64,000 nucleotides of DNA from Klebsormidium nitens (Eukaryota > Plantae > Klebsormidiophyceae): assembly GCA_000708835.1 (NCBI GenBank), contig DF237101.1, positions 1 through 64,000 of the forward strand. The letters are read 5' to 3'. A program made the position numbers and the translations under genes. Within the stretch, counting starts at the first letter, position 1, and every line of letters begins with the position of its first letter. Below are positions 1-12,800 of this stretch, piece by piece. The notes beneath the pieces are model-generated. The model saw only the letters and a program-made list of their open reading frames with translations, was not told the DNA's origin and searched no databases.

Positions 1-197
1 GCACAGAGCGGTACATGGATTTGTTTGTTGGCCAGTCCGCATTTAGTCTGCGTCATTTTATAGGTCAGGAGAACCAACAGAGGGTTGCTAGCTTTGTTAG
101 AGAGGCGTTTAGGACTCGAGACTACATTCAGACCTTGTCTCATGAGCCACCCATGGCTCCTACGGGACTAAAAAATAAATTGAATTGAATTGAATAT
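1..197 (+). mobile_element. Probable 3' end of a non-LTR retrotransposon (LINE) with (TTGAA)n tail
   Basis: Frame 3 reads TERYMDLFVGQSAFSLRHFIGQENQQRVASFVREAFRTR, which resembles the C-terminal tail of algal LINE ORF2 proteins. It runs into AAAAAATAAATTGAATTGAATTGAA, a simple-repeat tail. The family resemblance is from memory, not a search. Confidence 0.4.
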
Positions 198-810
198 GAT
201 TATCATCTCGAGAGATCTCTGCTGACGTTCTGCCCTGTCACTTCGGCCACTTTGTCCTTGCAGGTTGTGTACCGTACGGTATTATCGAGCCCTGACTTTG
301 AGCCTGGGGCGCTGGCGCTCACTGAAGGCAGTACCAACATTGGGTTTGTGCTGGCTTTTGAGGGCAGAGGGCGGATCCGAAGACCTTGAGCTTGTGGTAT
401 ATTGAAGGAAGCAAAAGGCTTTGTCCCAGGTCGCAATCTAGCTGCATCAAGCCAAACATTTGCCCCCTGATTGACTCAGAGATCCGTTCTACAACCTGAA
501 CCTATACTTTAAGTGACAGATAGATGAGCTATTGTCGGGAGCTGAAGTGCCACTGCAAAAAATAAAATCTCTGTTGATCAGCTGATTGTAAGCGCTCTGC
601 GCTTCTATTGAGGAACATATTTCAGATCTAATCTGGACCAGCCGTCTGGAATTCAACCCACTTCATACCACCAGTCATCAAAGCAGGTCATTTTGCATGT
701 TTTCAGCTCAGAAAGTCCGGTGAACACTGGAAACTTTATCAAAGCAGCTGCAGAGTCTGCTGTGAGCACTCACAAACGCGCCATAAGAACAGCTCATCAC
801 ACAAGCAGTG

Positions 811-3800
811 ATGTCAGCCCCCCCAGCCGCCATGGCCGAAGATGTTCGGGACATGGCCCTGCCAAACGCAGAGATAGATTGGGAACGCCTCGACAAAACC
901 AAGTTCTTCTTGTGGGGGGCGGGGCTCTTCTCTGGCCTCTCCTGCTGCCTCTACCCCCTGACGGTGGTCAAAACAAGAGTCCAGGTGCAGGACAGAGCGT
1001 CAGCCACTGCTTACAAGAGTATGGCAGACGCGTATAGGCAGATCTTCCGGCACGAGGGCATCCGTGGCTTCTACAAGGTGCGCACATCAACTGTGACCCG
1101 GAATCGTCGTTTTGCTGAGCGTACTTTGCAGTGGAAGTAGGTTGTTTGATCGATGCAGGGGTGGTCGCTATCTTTTTCGGTAGATGAGGAGTATGTGACG
1201 AGCAAGATGGGCTTGTTGACTACAAGTTGTGTTCAGAGTCAAAAGTGCCTGGTATATCAGGTGTGAACTAAAGCAAGTTTGTGGAGGCTGAATCCTCACA
1301 CCGTTTGATAAGGGACACCAATGTTTGAAGCCTCTTAGAAGCGGGGGGGGGCAATAAAAGCATCCCGCGGGTTGCCTGCAACCGGTTAGAACCCGCTCCT
1401 TGTTTCCTTAGAATTTGAAAGTTTCCACCCTTTGACAAACCTGCAGACTCTCTTAGCCTCTTCTCTTTTCAAAATTTTAGAAAAAGTCTTTTCAATCGAT
1501 CTTCTTGTGAGCCATTGACTACCCCCACCTTTTTTTTTAGTGACTGAACTTATTCACACCGCGCCCAGGGCTTTGGCACCACCATTCTCGGCAGTCTTCC
1601 CGCTCGTATGGTGTACATGAGCACGCTCGAGCGGACCAAGAGTTTTGTGGCCAGCGAGACGCGGCGGCTGGGCATCCCGGAGTCGACTGCCGCCGGAATA
1701 ACCAGCGGAGTAGCAGGGCTGACAGCAAGCGTTGTCACACAGACAGTCGTTGTGCCGGTTGATGTGGTAAGTGGTGGAATTACTTGTGCAAGTCTCTGGT
1801 GCCTTTGAGACTCGCGTCTGAAGTCCTCAATGTCAGAAGCCCAACCCCACCTGGCACCGCTTCCTTATTAAGGAGATTATAAAGTAACAGTGTGTTGCGT
1901 TCCTGTTTAATTTGCATAACTTGTTTCTATCTCCAAGCCCCAAACCACACCTTCTTGCTGGTGACTCTTAGAATTGAAGTCGACTTTTAGTACTTGACCT
2001 GATAGTAGCAAGGGTCGGAACTCCCGAAATTCAATTAGAATACCCATTAGCCCTTCTTCCCTGCAGGTTACACAACGACTGATGGTTCAACGAGGCCAAG
2101 CGGGCGTCGGTGTTGCGGTGGCAAATCTGGGGGGCGGAGCCATGATCCGGCAGATAGTTGCGCAGGAGGGTTTGCGGGGTTTGTACCGGGGTTTCGGGAT
2201 GTCGATCATAACCTATGGGCCGTCAAGTGGAGTTTGGTGGGCGACCTATGGGGCTAGTCAACGAGCGATTTGGAGGTGAGCTGTCACATGCAGAAGTCTT
2301 GAGATAGTAGATGACGAGGTTACCAGAACTTTGAGCAAGCAGAAGCGATGAGCTGAAGTTGAAAATGGGACCACATCGTCAATCTTTTCGTCAAGGTACG
2401 CAAAGAAAGCCTTTAGAATTGATTCCTTCACGTAGACAAAGCTTGAACGCATGGACAGTGAAGGACTCGGAAGCGAGGGTCTAGAGGAGTCAGGACAAAC
2501 AGAGTGTCTGAGAAAGCGCTCTCCAGCTCTCCTTCTGGTCTTTAGTCCACCAGTTTCACTTTTCTGGCCTTTTCAGGGGCCGGCTTCACAATGACTATCT
2601 GCGAATCAAATGCAGACAGCTGCCCTACTCAACTGAGAGAGACTGGTCTGACATTGCTGAGCTCGTTCTCAAACAGTGCTTCCTGCCATGCAGGAATCTG
2701 GGCTACCGGGCGAACTCGGACCGTCCGTCACAAACTCAGATCGTGGGGGTCCAAATCGCGTCCGGGCTGTGTGCGGGGGCCGTCGGGGCGCTGGTCACCA
2801 CACCGCTAGACACGGTCAAGACACGGCTACAAGTGAGGCTCTCGAACTTTCCGGGTCAACTTACAGACTTGTAACCTTCGTTTTTATACATCTGTTGCTT
2901 TCACATTAGCGGTCGTTGTCAATGTTGGTTTCCACAATAACAGCCGGAACGGTCTCAAAGACCGAGTCCGATGGGTCAAGAGCTTTCAAGTTAGTGAACT
3001 CAGCACTGACGCGTCAAGCAATGTGGCGCTTCATGAATCCTGAGACTGTGAGGGGCCCAACTGACCAAAATCTTTCGTCAATTTAAAAGGGAAGCGCCTT
3101 CAAGGTGCGGTCCCTTCAGGTCTGATCTGTTTCGATCGATGCGCTCCTGCTTCAAAGCAACGATCACTCTTATGCTGCGAACTCAAGCAGCCATTTAACC
3201 GTTACAACTGGTGTTGCGAACGGGTGCCAGTGCTTAAGCCGTTGCACGGTTCGCTCCGAATAAGCTTACCTCATTTCCTTACCTATCCTTGCACGTTACT
3301 CTGGCTGTTGGACGGGTTCAATAGGACGATGCCCCACCCACGAGCTCAAGACAAGCGTCGACTCGAGGCGCATAGATGGGGCACCAGTTTTGTCCAGGAC
3401 CCGCTTCTTTGGTTTGACCTAACCCGGTTCGTCAAATCCGTGTCAGGTCTACGAAAAGCGAGACTGACATGCGCGCAATGCTCGCAAGCACGCTGCGAAC
3501 GGTAGTGATGTCACGTTGGGGCCCGTAGGCGCGACCCTCCTCTTTCTGACACCGTGTTTGAACGTACGACCTCACCGGGATCCTTAAACGCTGCAAGGTT
3601 TCAAACGCTGCCAGGTTTTGCGAAGCGAGACCGGCGCGCGCCCGACGCTCGCGAGCGTGCTGCGGACGCTCGTCGCAGAAGGCCTCCTTTTCCCAGACCC
3701 CCTTCGCGGTTTGACCTAACCCAAATCCTAAACCCGCCAGGTTTTGAGGGTTAAACCGGCCCTCTTCAACATACCAGGTTTTCAATCTGAGCTAACCCGG

Positions 3801-5620
3801 ATCCAAACCCTGCCAGGTTTTCAGAAGCGAGACAGGCGCGCGCCCAACGCTCGCGAGCACACTGCGGACGCTCGTTGCGGAAATCTTCTATTTTCCAGAC
3901 CCCGTTCGTATGTCTTCACCCGGATCCTAACCCTGGCAGGCTTGAAAAGTTATAGACGGGCTCTTTTCCCCAGACCAGGTCTCCTAGTCTGAGCTAACCC
4001 GGATCCAACCAGGTTTTGAGAAGCGAGACCGGCGCGCGCCAAAGGTCGCGAGCACGCTGCGGACGCTGGTGGCAAAAGGCTGCTTTTCCAGGCTCCATTC
4101 CCGGTTTTACCTAACCCGATCCGAATTCGAAAAGCAAGACTGAAGCGCGCTCCACGCTCGCGTCCCCAGTTTCAGTTCGACTAACCCAGATCCTCAAATC
4201 GTGCCAGGTTTTGAGAAGCGAGACCGGCGCGCGTCCGACGCTCGCGAGCACGCTGCGGACGCTTGTCGCGGAGGACGGCTTCAAGGGCTTCTACCGGGGG
4301 CTTGGGCCGCGGTGGGCCAGCATGTCGCTCTGGGGCACGTGCATGGTTACCACCTACGAGTTCCTCAGTGAGCACTTTTCTCCCGGTTCTAGATCTGCTC
4401 CTTTCCTGATTTGGTAATGGCGGCTCGGGCCACAGTGGGCCAGCATGTCGCTCTGGGGCACGTGCATGGTCACCACTTACGAGTTTCTCAGTGAGCAGAT
4501 TTGAGCCCAACCTAGTTTCTGGTCTTTTTCTCTGTTGGTCATGGGGCTTGGGCCGCGGTGGGCCAGCATGTCGCTCTGGGGCACGTGCATGGTTACCACT
4601 TACGAGTTCATCAGTGAGAAGTTTGTCCCCGTTCTAGTTCCGCCCTTGTTTCTTTATGTGGCGGTGTGTGCGTCCAGCAGTCACTCTGGGGCACGTGCAT
4701 GGTTACCACTTACGAGTTCCTCAGTAAGCAGATTTGAGCCCATTCTAGTTTCTGCTCTTTGTTTCTATTGGCAATGGGGGCTCGGGCCGCGGTGGGCCAG
4801 CACGTCGCACTGGGGCACGTGCATGTTGACCACCTAGGAGTGAGAATGTTGTCCCCGTTCCAATTCCGCTCCTGTTTCTTTATGTGGCGGTGTGTGCGTC
4901 CCACATGTCGCTTTTGGGCAAGTGCATTGTAACCACGTACGAGGTACTCAGTGAACTTTTGTCCGGTTCGAATTCCGCTCTTCCTGGTGTACGGGCGTTT
5001 TCGTCACTGTTCCTTGCTTTCGTTCTGGGGGCACGTGCATGTCACCTTTGAGTCCCTCAGTAAGAACGTTTTCCCCGTCCTAGTTTCGCTCTACATCTGC
5101 TATTTGGTGCGTGGGCGCTTCGTACCTTTCATTTTGGTTCTTAACTCAGAAGTACGACTCCCCTGAAGTGCGAGCGCTTACTTGGTTCATCCCCGTTCTG
5201 ATTGGCTCTTAGATACCAGCCTGAATAGCAAGTACGCTTTTCTTAGTCAGTGACAGATGCGACTGGCCATTGCTCGAAATCTTTGTATGTACCGTTCTGT
5301 CTTTCTCCATTTCGTCATCGCCTTGCTTTGCTTGAACTGTGATCAATAAGTAGCCACCGGTGCTTGTCTTGTATGAATCCACGGTTCTCTTAATAGCTTA
5401 CAGCAAGCAGTCAATATAGTATTGCAGTGCCCTAATGAGATTCTTCAGCTGGGAAGCATCTATTCGATCTGACGAGGTCGACAGACTGCGCCAAGTCCGA
5501 TAGCCCTCATCTGAGGCTATCGCTGGTGAACTCTGGGTTGTGAGTATCTCTGAATACACGTTACTGGCATTGATTCCGCTCCTCATATTTGCAGAACGCC
5601 TTTCAGCCAAACCGCTCTGA
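811..5620 (+). CDS. SLC25A44: Mitochondrial carrier protein, SLC25A44-like (6 exons, about 332 aa)
   Basis: Exons 811-1077, 1569-1766, 2067-2275, 2694-2832, 4208-4367, 5595-5620; all GT-AG and phases close. Three carrier signatures (YPLTVVKTR, VPVDVVTQR, TPLDTVKTR) and the N-terminal EIDWERLDKTKFF typical of this subfamily. The start could alternatively be ATG 832. Confidence 0.92.
3413..4207 (+). repeat. Degenerate tandem copies of the exon-5 acceptor plus exon 5' part (acceptor echo array)
   Basis: CCAG|GTTTTGAGAAGCGAGACCGGCGCGCG...CGCGAGCACGCTGCGGACGCT-like units near 3445, 3612, 3735 (partial), 3812, 4008 and 4128 (partial), upstream of the real acceptor at 4207/4208. Confidence 0.92.
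4368..5070 (+). repeat. Degenerate tandem copies of the exon-5 3' part plus donor (donor echo array)
   Basis: GGGCCGCGGTGGGCCAGCATGTCGCTCTGGGGCACGTGCATGGTTACCACYTACGAGTTCCTCA|GTRAG units near 4421, 4544, 4672, 4777, 4900 and 5023; period about 120 bp. Confidence 0.93.
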
Positions 5621-6848
5621 GATTGGGCGAGAGTAGGCGGAGGGTGCATTGAAGAGGCCAGGCTAATACGTTGTTGCGGAGCTGGAAGCGATGAAATGCG
5701 AGCGCACCTATGATTGAAATTATGATGCGGTCAAGCTAGTGACAAGAGATATATATCAGGCAGATTCCCGTTCGTTTTCGCTCCCTCAGTACTTTGCGAG
5801 ACATTGCAGCAGTTTGGTTGCAAGCGATTGGTTTTGACCCGGCATGGTTGCTTGTCGAGTGATTCTGAAAGTAGACACGAGGAAAATTTAATCGATTCAG
5901 GGGCACCACCATAAGCACGCTATATTGAAGTCAAGCTAAGGTCTTTTGATGGACATCACAAGTCTCGGAAATATATTTGTAGGCTTGTCCAACAAGTGAA
6001 GGTTTCTGACAAGCCGTGTCTATTCAGACGAGATGATTTCGCATGCATGTCGTTGGTAGGATTTCAACCCCTTCAAATTCAGGTAGAGCGGAAATTGTCA
6101 AGTGGACTTTGTTTTCAACCGCAGCCCTTTCGATGTAGCGTTGCAAATGCATTCATTGACGTCGAGTATTATGCATCAGATAGTGCCTTTCATTCCCGAA
6201 TGTTGTCGCAGTCACGTGTAAGCCCACCATGCACCCACCCACGTCTCACACCCACTCCCACGTGCCAAGCTGCATCCTATAGAAAATTTGGAAAAATGTG
6301 CCGCAATTTGCAGATTGATTTTGCGCGCTAGTGCGTTTCATGCACTACATGTCTTGTTCGCGCGCGGTAATCGCCCGCTGAAAGCAGATTCTTTCATCTT
6401 GCGCAGCATCTAAAATCCACCCAAAAATCGACCTGATATGCCGTCCGATATAGGCCGGCTGTTATTGAAAGTTCCCGGAGGATAACACCGGGTTTAGCAC
6501 AAAGACCGAGCCCCATGATAGGCTAGGCACCCGGGTGGCGGTTTGTCCTGGGCAGGGCATCGAACCCATGATTGAACCCGTACTAGGCGGTGTCCCTCCA
6601 AGGGAGTCCAAGCCCATTTTGCTTCCTGCTGGCCTGGCGCCACTCCGATTCCAGGTATCCTACACAGGCTACATTCAACACAGTTCTGAGACTGCAAGGT
6701 TTCCGGTCATACCTGCCTGAACAAGGAAGAAGGAAGACGGCGGCATGGCAGTCTGCTGAACAGGAAGGCCTTAATCTGGACGCCCTCAGCAGCGACTCCG
6801 GTTATGGAGGGGTGTCGCATCGGTTGTATCCCGGAGAGGGGCCTCACT

Positions 6849-9800
6849 ATGCAGTCCCTGGGGACTCTTGCCCGCATTGGCTTGGGCCGTTCGTCCAATG
6901 CAGCGCGCGGAGCCGTGCTAACGACGCTGCCAAGCACAAACGGAAGGAGGTTTCAGGGCATGTTTGCGACCATGAAGCATTCTAGAACTGCACCACGTTC
7001 TGAGAGAGTTGGAAATTCAAGCGTACCCCTTTCCAAAGCCCATTTCGAGCAGAAACAATTGCTTGCCGCAGCCAATCGCACGCCAGGGATGCGGTCAACT
7101 GCGACAAGCCTCCGAAGCCAGTTTCTCTCCTCTTCGAAGTCCACAATCATCCAGGGTCCGACGTTTCTCATGGGGAATCAAAATTGGGGCCGCTCTCTTG
7201 CATTCCATTCTAGGGTTTCGGCGACGGCGGACGTTGTCAAGGAAACCCGCGAGGCGCCCGCCCCGGAAGAACTAGAGCGCGAGGAACGCCGACCGTTACC
7301 AAGGTCATTACCAGTGCGGCCATCGAAGGACGTCTGGGTGCGGCCGGGGGTGACCCCTCCTCCCGGCACTTCTGCTTCGGACGAACCCCCCCGAAAAAGC
7401 TTTGCACGGCCCCCGAGGGCTTATCCTCAAAAAGTGGGTGTGAGCCGTCAACCATGGGAGGGGCACTTTGCGCGAACCGAGGAGAACCGGCTTCGAGCGG
7501 ACAAAGTGCGGACTGCCGGAGTGGAGGGCGATAAGCAGGCGGCGGAGGATGATAAGCCGGCGAAAGCGGTGGTGAAAAAGAAGGTGGCAATGTGGCTTGG
7601 GTATGTGGGCACCGACTTCAAAGGTGGGACGCAGACTCCACCGTGCATTTGGGCGCACTTGCAACTGCCTTTTTGTGCTACGAATTCTCGGTTGTCTCGC
7701 GCTTGTAAAGTGTAATGCCGGAAGGGCTTACAAACGAGAATACGACGCTCGATAGGTGGTGGTGCACTACTAAAGCGCGTGTCTGTCGTGGCTGCCCTTA
7801 CGTTCAGAAATGCTGGAAATGCGCGACAGGATCCAAAAATTCAGGGACATACAAAAGAGGTGACCAGCGTTTGCTGTACGTGAATAGCACCGCTCTGATG
7901 GGCTTCACCGGAACAAACGGGGCTTAAAGAGGAACTGGAAGCAAGGAGGTGGCGAGCAATTTTTGCTTTGCGGCACAATCGTGATTGATTTCAGAGACCA
8001 TGCGTAACATGCCTTCCGTGCCGTCCTGTGCAGGTTCAATGATGCAGCGGAACCAGCCGGGCGCGAGTAAGTACTCTCGTGATGTTCCTGCAAAAGCAGA
8101 CAGATTAGCAGAGACTTAGGTCTATTGGAACATCAAAACTGAGTATACCCTGAAGGACGCTCCCAGGTTCACAGTTTGGCGGGCCTGCTTGTGTGTCCCC
8201 TCCCTGAAGACCTTAGGAGGGCCACTGTCAAGGTCTCACAAGGCTGTCAGATGTCACGTCGCTGCTTCCATCATTGTTAGTGTCTCAACGATCCCCCACA
8301 ACACCCATTTGCTGCCCAGCTTGACGTCTATATGACTTATCTGATTATGGATCGAGCTGGCTCATCGGTCAGATCAAACGGAGGGCTTTGGTCGTGCATC
8401 CTTAGAGAGCGGCTCCTTCTACACGTTCCTGTTTCCCGATTCTTACAAGGGCTTACTTCTTAAGGACTTGGCTCTAATTCCATTGCGATCTGTGCTCAGC
8501 TGTGGAGGCAGCGCTGGAAAAGGCAATCTTTGATGCGGGCGGCATGAAGGAGTCCAACTTCGGCGACTTCAAAAAGATTGGCTGGAACAGGAGCAGCCGG
8601 ACGGATAAGGGGGTGAGCTTACGACCTAGCTTATGCCCAATGCCCAAAGCGACCGACGCACTTTCTCTTGCTATGCAGTCTTCTACTTCCTTTGATGATG
8701 AAGTGGTGTTGGTCAGGAGGATTCGGTGCTTGCTTCTTCTGTGGGACAACTTAAGTCCGCGATCAAGTACCTTCTGTTGCTTTGAGAGCCCGTAGCGCTT
8801 GTGCAACCCTTGTGCTGGCGCGCTTTCTTTCTCTAGCACCGAAGTTTGCGGTCAACTTCAGAGCACTTGTGTCGTTGCTGGACATAAGAGCCTTCCAAGA
8901 CTCTCACCTGCGTGCTGTCTTGTGCACTGGCCCACCGCGTTTCTGCCTTAAAAAGCAGATCAGTGTTGCAAGCGTCGTTTTATTGAAGATGGATGCCTGT
9001 GCATTTTTCAAAGTGCCCGTATCTGGATTCCAGTCGTCTCAGCTGCATTTCGATTTCGATTTCGATTTCGTGTTCTTTTGAGACTGCACGCACGTGGCAG
9101 CGGTGTTCTGCCAAGATGGGGAGCAGATCCTTTTTCCGATTCGAACGTAGCTCCGCAGAACTCAAAGCTGCATCCCTAGATGGCCGTTTCGTTTCTGATT
9201 GACTACCCAAACAGCGCATTCCCGCCCTCCCCCGAGGTGCTTGTCCGTGTCGTTTATGTCAAATCTTCTATTCAGAAGCGTCCCGAACGTCACTTAAACG
9301 CTGCAAGTCAAGGAAGTTCGTTCCGCTCCTGAACGACTATCCCTTCCCGGTCAGGTGCACGCGCTTGCGAGTGTCGTCTCCTTCAAAATGGAAGTGCCTG
9401 CCGAGGTGTTTGCCCACGATCCGGACGGCCTGTCCCTCGCGGACCGAGTCAACGCCCACCTGCCGCCCAGCATACGAGTGTACGGCGTGCAGCCGGTCAC
9501 CAAGTGAGCCGTCCGTACATGACGTCCACTTCTCTGCAGTACCGCGACGCTTATCTTGGATCAGTCAAACTTAAGCCGGCATCTAAGCTAGCTGTCCAGA
9601 AACACTGTCCGCTCTTAAGTTTTCTTTCGTTCTTGCACCTGGTTATTTGAGTTTTGTTTTGAAGTCGAGAGCGCTTTCCTTCCGCAAAGACGAGATCGCT
9701 TCCCGTCCTCCTAGTTGCTCCTAGAAATCTGAGTATGTGGCGTGCAGCCGGTGGAGTTGGTATTGTTCGTCGCAATTGCCTGGAATTGATCCTTCCGAGG

Positions 9801-12800
9801 GTTTTATTGAAGCTGGCACCCGCCTTTCCGGAGTGTTCCGAACCCCTTTCTCCCACACTTTATCTACTGCACATCTCATTTGGCGGGCATTCAGGAGTCT
9901 GTCACACCTGTTTGATTGGACCCTTCCCGTTCTGTTTTGTTCATCATATCGTCAGACTCCTCCTCTTTGGCATCATTCGTTTCTGACTTCCCAAACCCTT
10001 GCGCAGGTCCTTCAACTCGTACCACAACTGCCGGGCCCGCACTTACGAGTACGTGCTCCCTGCCTCAATCATTGGCATCACTGACGATATGGATGAAGTG
10101 GCAGCACACGACACCCTGGAACAGCTGCGGGCGATTTTGAGGAAGTACGAGGTAAGGCGCAGCGCCACTTTCTGGGGGAAGAGCACTTTTCTGCGATCTT
10201 TTGAGGGCTTCGGTTGGTCAGGTCACCGGTGTTGGTACTCTACTGAATGGGTTCATTTTTGAGACTAATGTGAGGCCTCTGGGGTTCCAGTTAGTGTCGA
10301 TCCAGGGAAGTCTTGCACAGCTTCGAAGGGCGTATGCGCTTCAGGAGTGTTGATGACGACGAGAGGGCATTGCTTTGAATACAAGGTCAGGGCGTTTGAC
10401 GAGCTCAAAAATTCCACCCAGAAAGTGCGGACCTCTCAGAAGTAGAGGCTTTCGTGCTGAAATGGTCGAAGAATGGTGGTTATCTTGAAAGATGCTGAAC
10501 CTGTAACAGCGCAGAGTCCTTCCACCGAGCCTTCCTTCGAAATTTGTGTCTGTGCACTAGCTGACTGATGAATGTGAGAACTTATTTTTGAAAAGTAGGC
10601 TTCCTGTAACATAAAAGTTCAGTCCTGTGGAGGTTCCTGCAAAGAGCCGTGAATTGTTGTCCGCGTAGGTAGTGTCCTGATTCGAAGAGCACCGCTTTGA
10701 AGCCTTCATCGTATATCAAGAAAGCAGTCGACGACTCCTTTTTTCTCTTGAAAAGGAGATGTGAAAAGATGGTGAACATTGACTTACTTGGAGGTCAATT
10801 CGCTTTCGGCGATTTGTTGAGAGCAGAAGCTTTTCCTCAGCCTGTACGACAGAGAGCCCGTCCCCAGGCATATCTGATGATTGTGCACCTCCGCTCTCTT
10901 CAGGGGCGGCAGCCATTCCACAACTTCACTGTCCGACGGCTGTACCGATCCGGGAAGAAGGGTTCCAAGCGGAAGGTTACCCGGCTAACCCAAGAGACAG
11001 AAACGCTACTAGACCTCGAGGGAAACAGCGACGACTTCCTCCCAACCCCTCCTTCCGAGAGCGCAAATGACGGCACAGTAGGCTTGGAAATGGCAGCGGA
11101 TTTGGGCACTTCCGATTCGGACATGGGCGATCGTCATTCGGACGTGGGCGATAATAGTTTGGACGTGGGCGACAACGATTCGGACGTGGGCAGCTCCACA
11201 TTGGAAGCTCTCCGGGGGCGGTCGGACGACGGTGCGGACACCGACGGAAACCAATCGGACGCCGCCGGACGTCATCCCGACACTGTCGAGAATGATTCGG
11301 ACGCATCCGGACGCTCCGATGAGTTCCAACCGTCCGATGAGTTTGGACGCGCAGAGGACGCGTACGGCCAGCCGTCCCCGGCGGACGAGTTCTTCGCGAA
11401 CCGACGGGAGAGCGAGGAGTTTGAGCTTGAGTACGACGAAGAAGAAGAAGACGACGAGGGGAGCTGGGTCGAACGGCGGGGGCCGACCGCGCAGTGGCTT
11501 TTGGAGACCCCTCCGGAGGACAAGATCGGACCGTCGCACTACCGGCGCATCCTGAACGCCACGTGTACGGACCTGGAGCCGCTCGGGCGGTCGCGGGTGG
11601 TGCGGATACACATCGAGGGGGAGTCGTTCATGCTGCATCAGGTGAGGGCTCGTTTTGGATTCGAAGTTTCAGGGACGTTTTTGCCCTGAAGATTGCGAGA
11701 TTCCGACTTTCTTTTAAAGCTTGGCTTTTGACGCTTGCCGTCTGCAGAGGAAAGTCGTTGGTGGTACCTTTTCCTTTTTCTTTTCCTCTGTGCTTCCGGA
11801 ATTTTGCGGTGTTGAGGAGAAGGTGCCTACCTAAGCGTTGATCTTGCATCATTCCGTTTCCCCTCAGGCTCCTTCAACGGCGGATCATATGTTGCGTCTG
11901 AAAAAGTGCTGTAAACCACCCATCTCGTCACCATCCGCAAACTTGGCAGCCAAGCAAGAACTAGACTGGCGCTGCTACATCCTGTCCCTCCGTTTGAGGG
12001 GCCCGAGCCTCCTTTTGTGCTTTCGGAAGTTTCTTGTGTCTAAAGTTGTCCTCCACTGAGCTCGACAGCTGGCATGGTTTTCTTTCTGCGCTCCTTGAAC
12101 TCTTGTTGCATCTGAGTTCCGTCCTTGGGTATACACTCTCTACTCACAGATTGGGAAGATGGTGTGTGCTGCCTTGCTCATCACAACCCGTTCAATGAAT
12201 AGGTTCCGATGCTCGCATCTCCAGACTCTTTCCAGTGACTAGGTTCTTGACTAGAAGCAGAATCGTCAGTCATTCGTCTGACAAAATGTTCCTCTTTTCA
12301 CGAAGTCGGAAGATGGTCGGCGCTGCAGTAGCGGTTTTGCGGGCGACTTTCCGTTCGAGCTCCTCGACCCGGTGCTCGCTTATGCCACTCTTACGAACTC
12401 CTTTTTATGAAATTATGCTCTCTTTTTCACAGTTTCGGAAGATGGTTGGAGCCGCCGTGTTGGCGTTTCTGCGCGGCGACTTCTCGTTCATGTTACTCGA
12501 CCCAATGCTCGCTTGTGCCACTCAATACAAATCCCTTTTCTTGAAATCATGGCTCTCTTTCCACAGATTCGGAAGATGGTAGGGGCCGCCGTGGCGATTC
12601 TGCGCGGCGATTTCCCGTTCGAGCTGCTCGACCCCATGCTCGCGTGCCACTCGCGCGTGATCGTCCCCATGGCGCCTGCGGAGGGGCTCTTCCTCTCGCG
12701 CACGCGCTTCTTCCCTTTCCGGACGTCGTTCAACCGGGACTTCGTGGTGAGCGGGTTTGGCCTTAACCGGGCGCGGTCAAGGGGTTTGGCGTAGATCGGG

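Noticed and set aside
203-436. 77-aa minus-strand ORF
   Set aside because: No recognisable motif and no room for upstream exons before the carrier promoter.
4535-4837. ORF repeating GLGPRWASMSLWGTC as possible mutually exclusive exons
   Set aside because: Copies lack their own acceptors and cover only half of the exon; they are treated as donor echoes.
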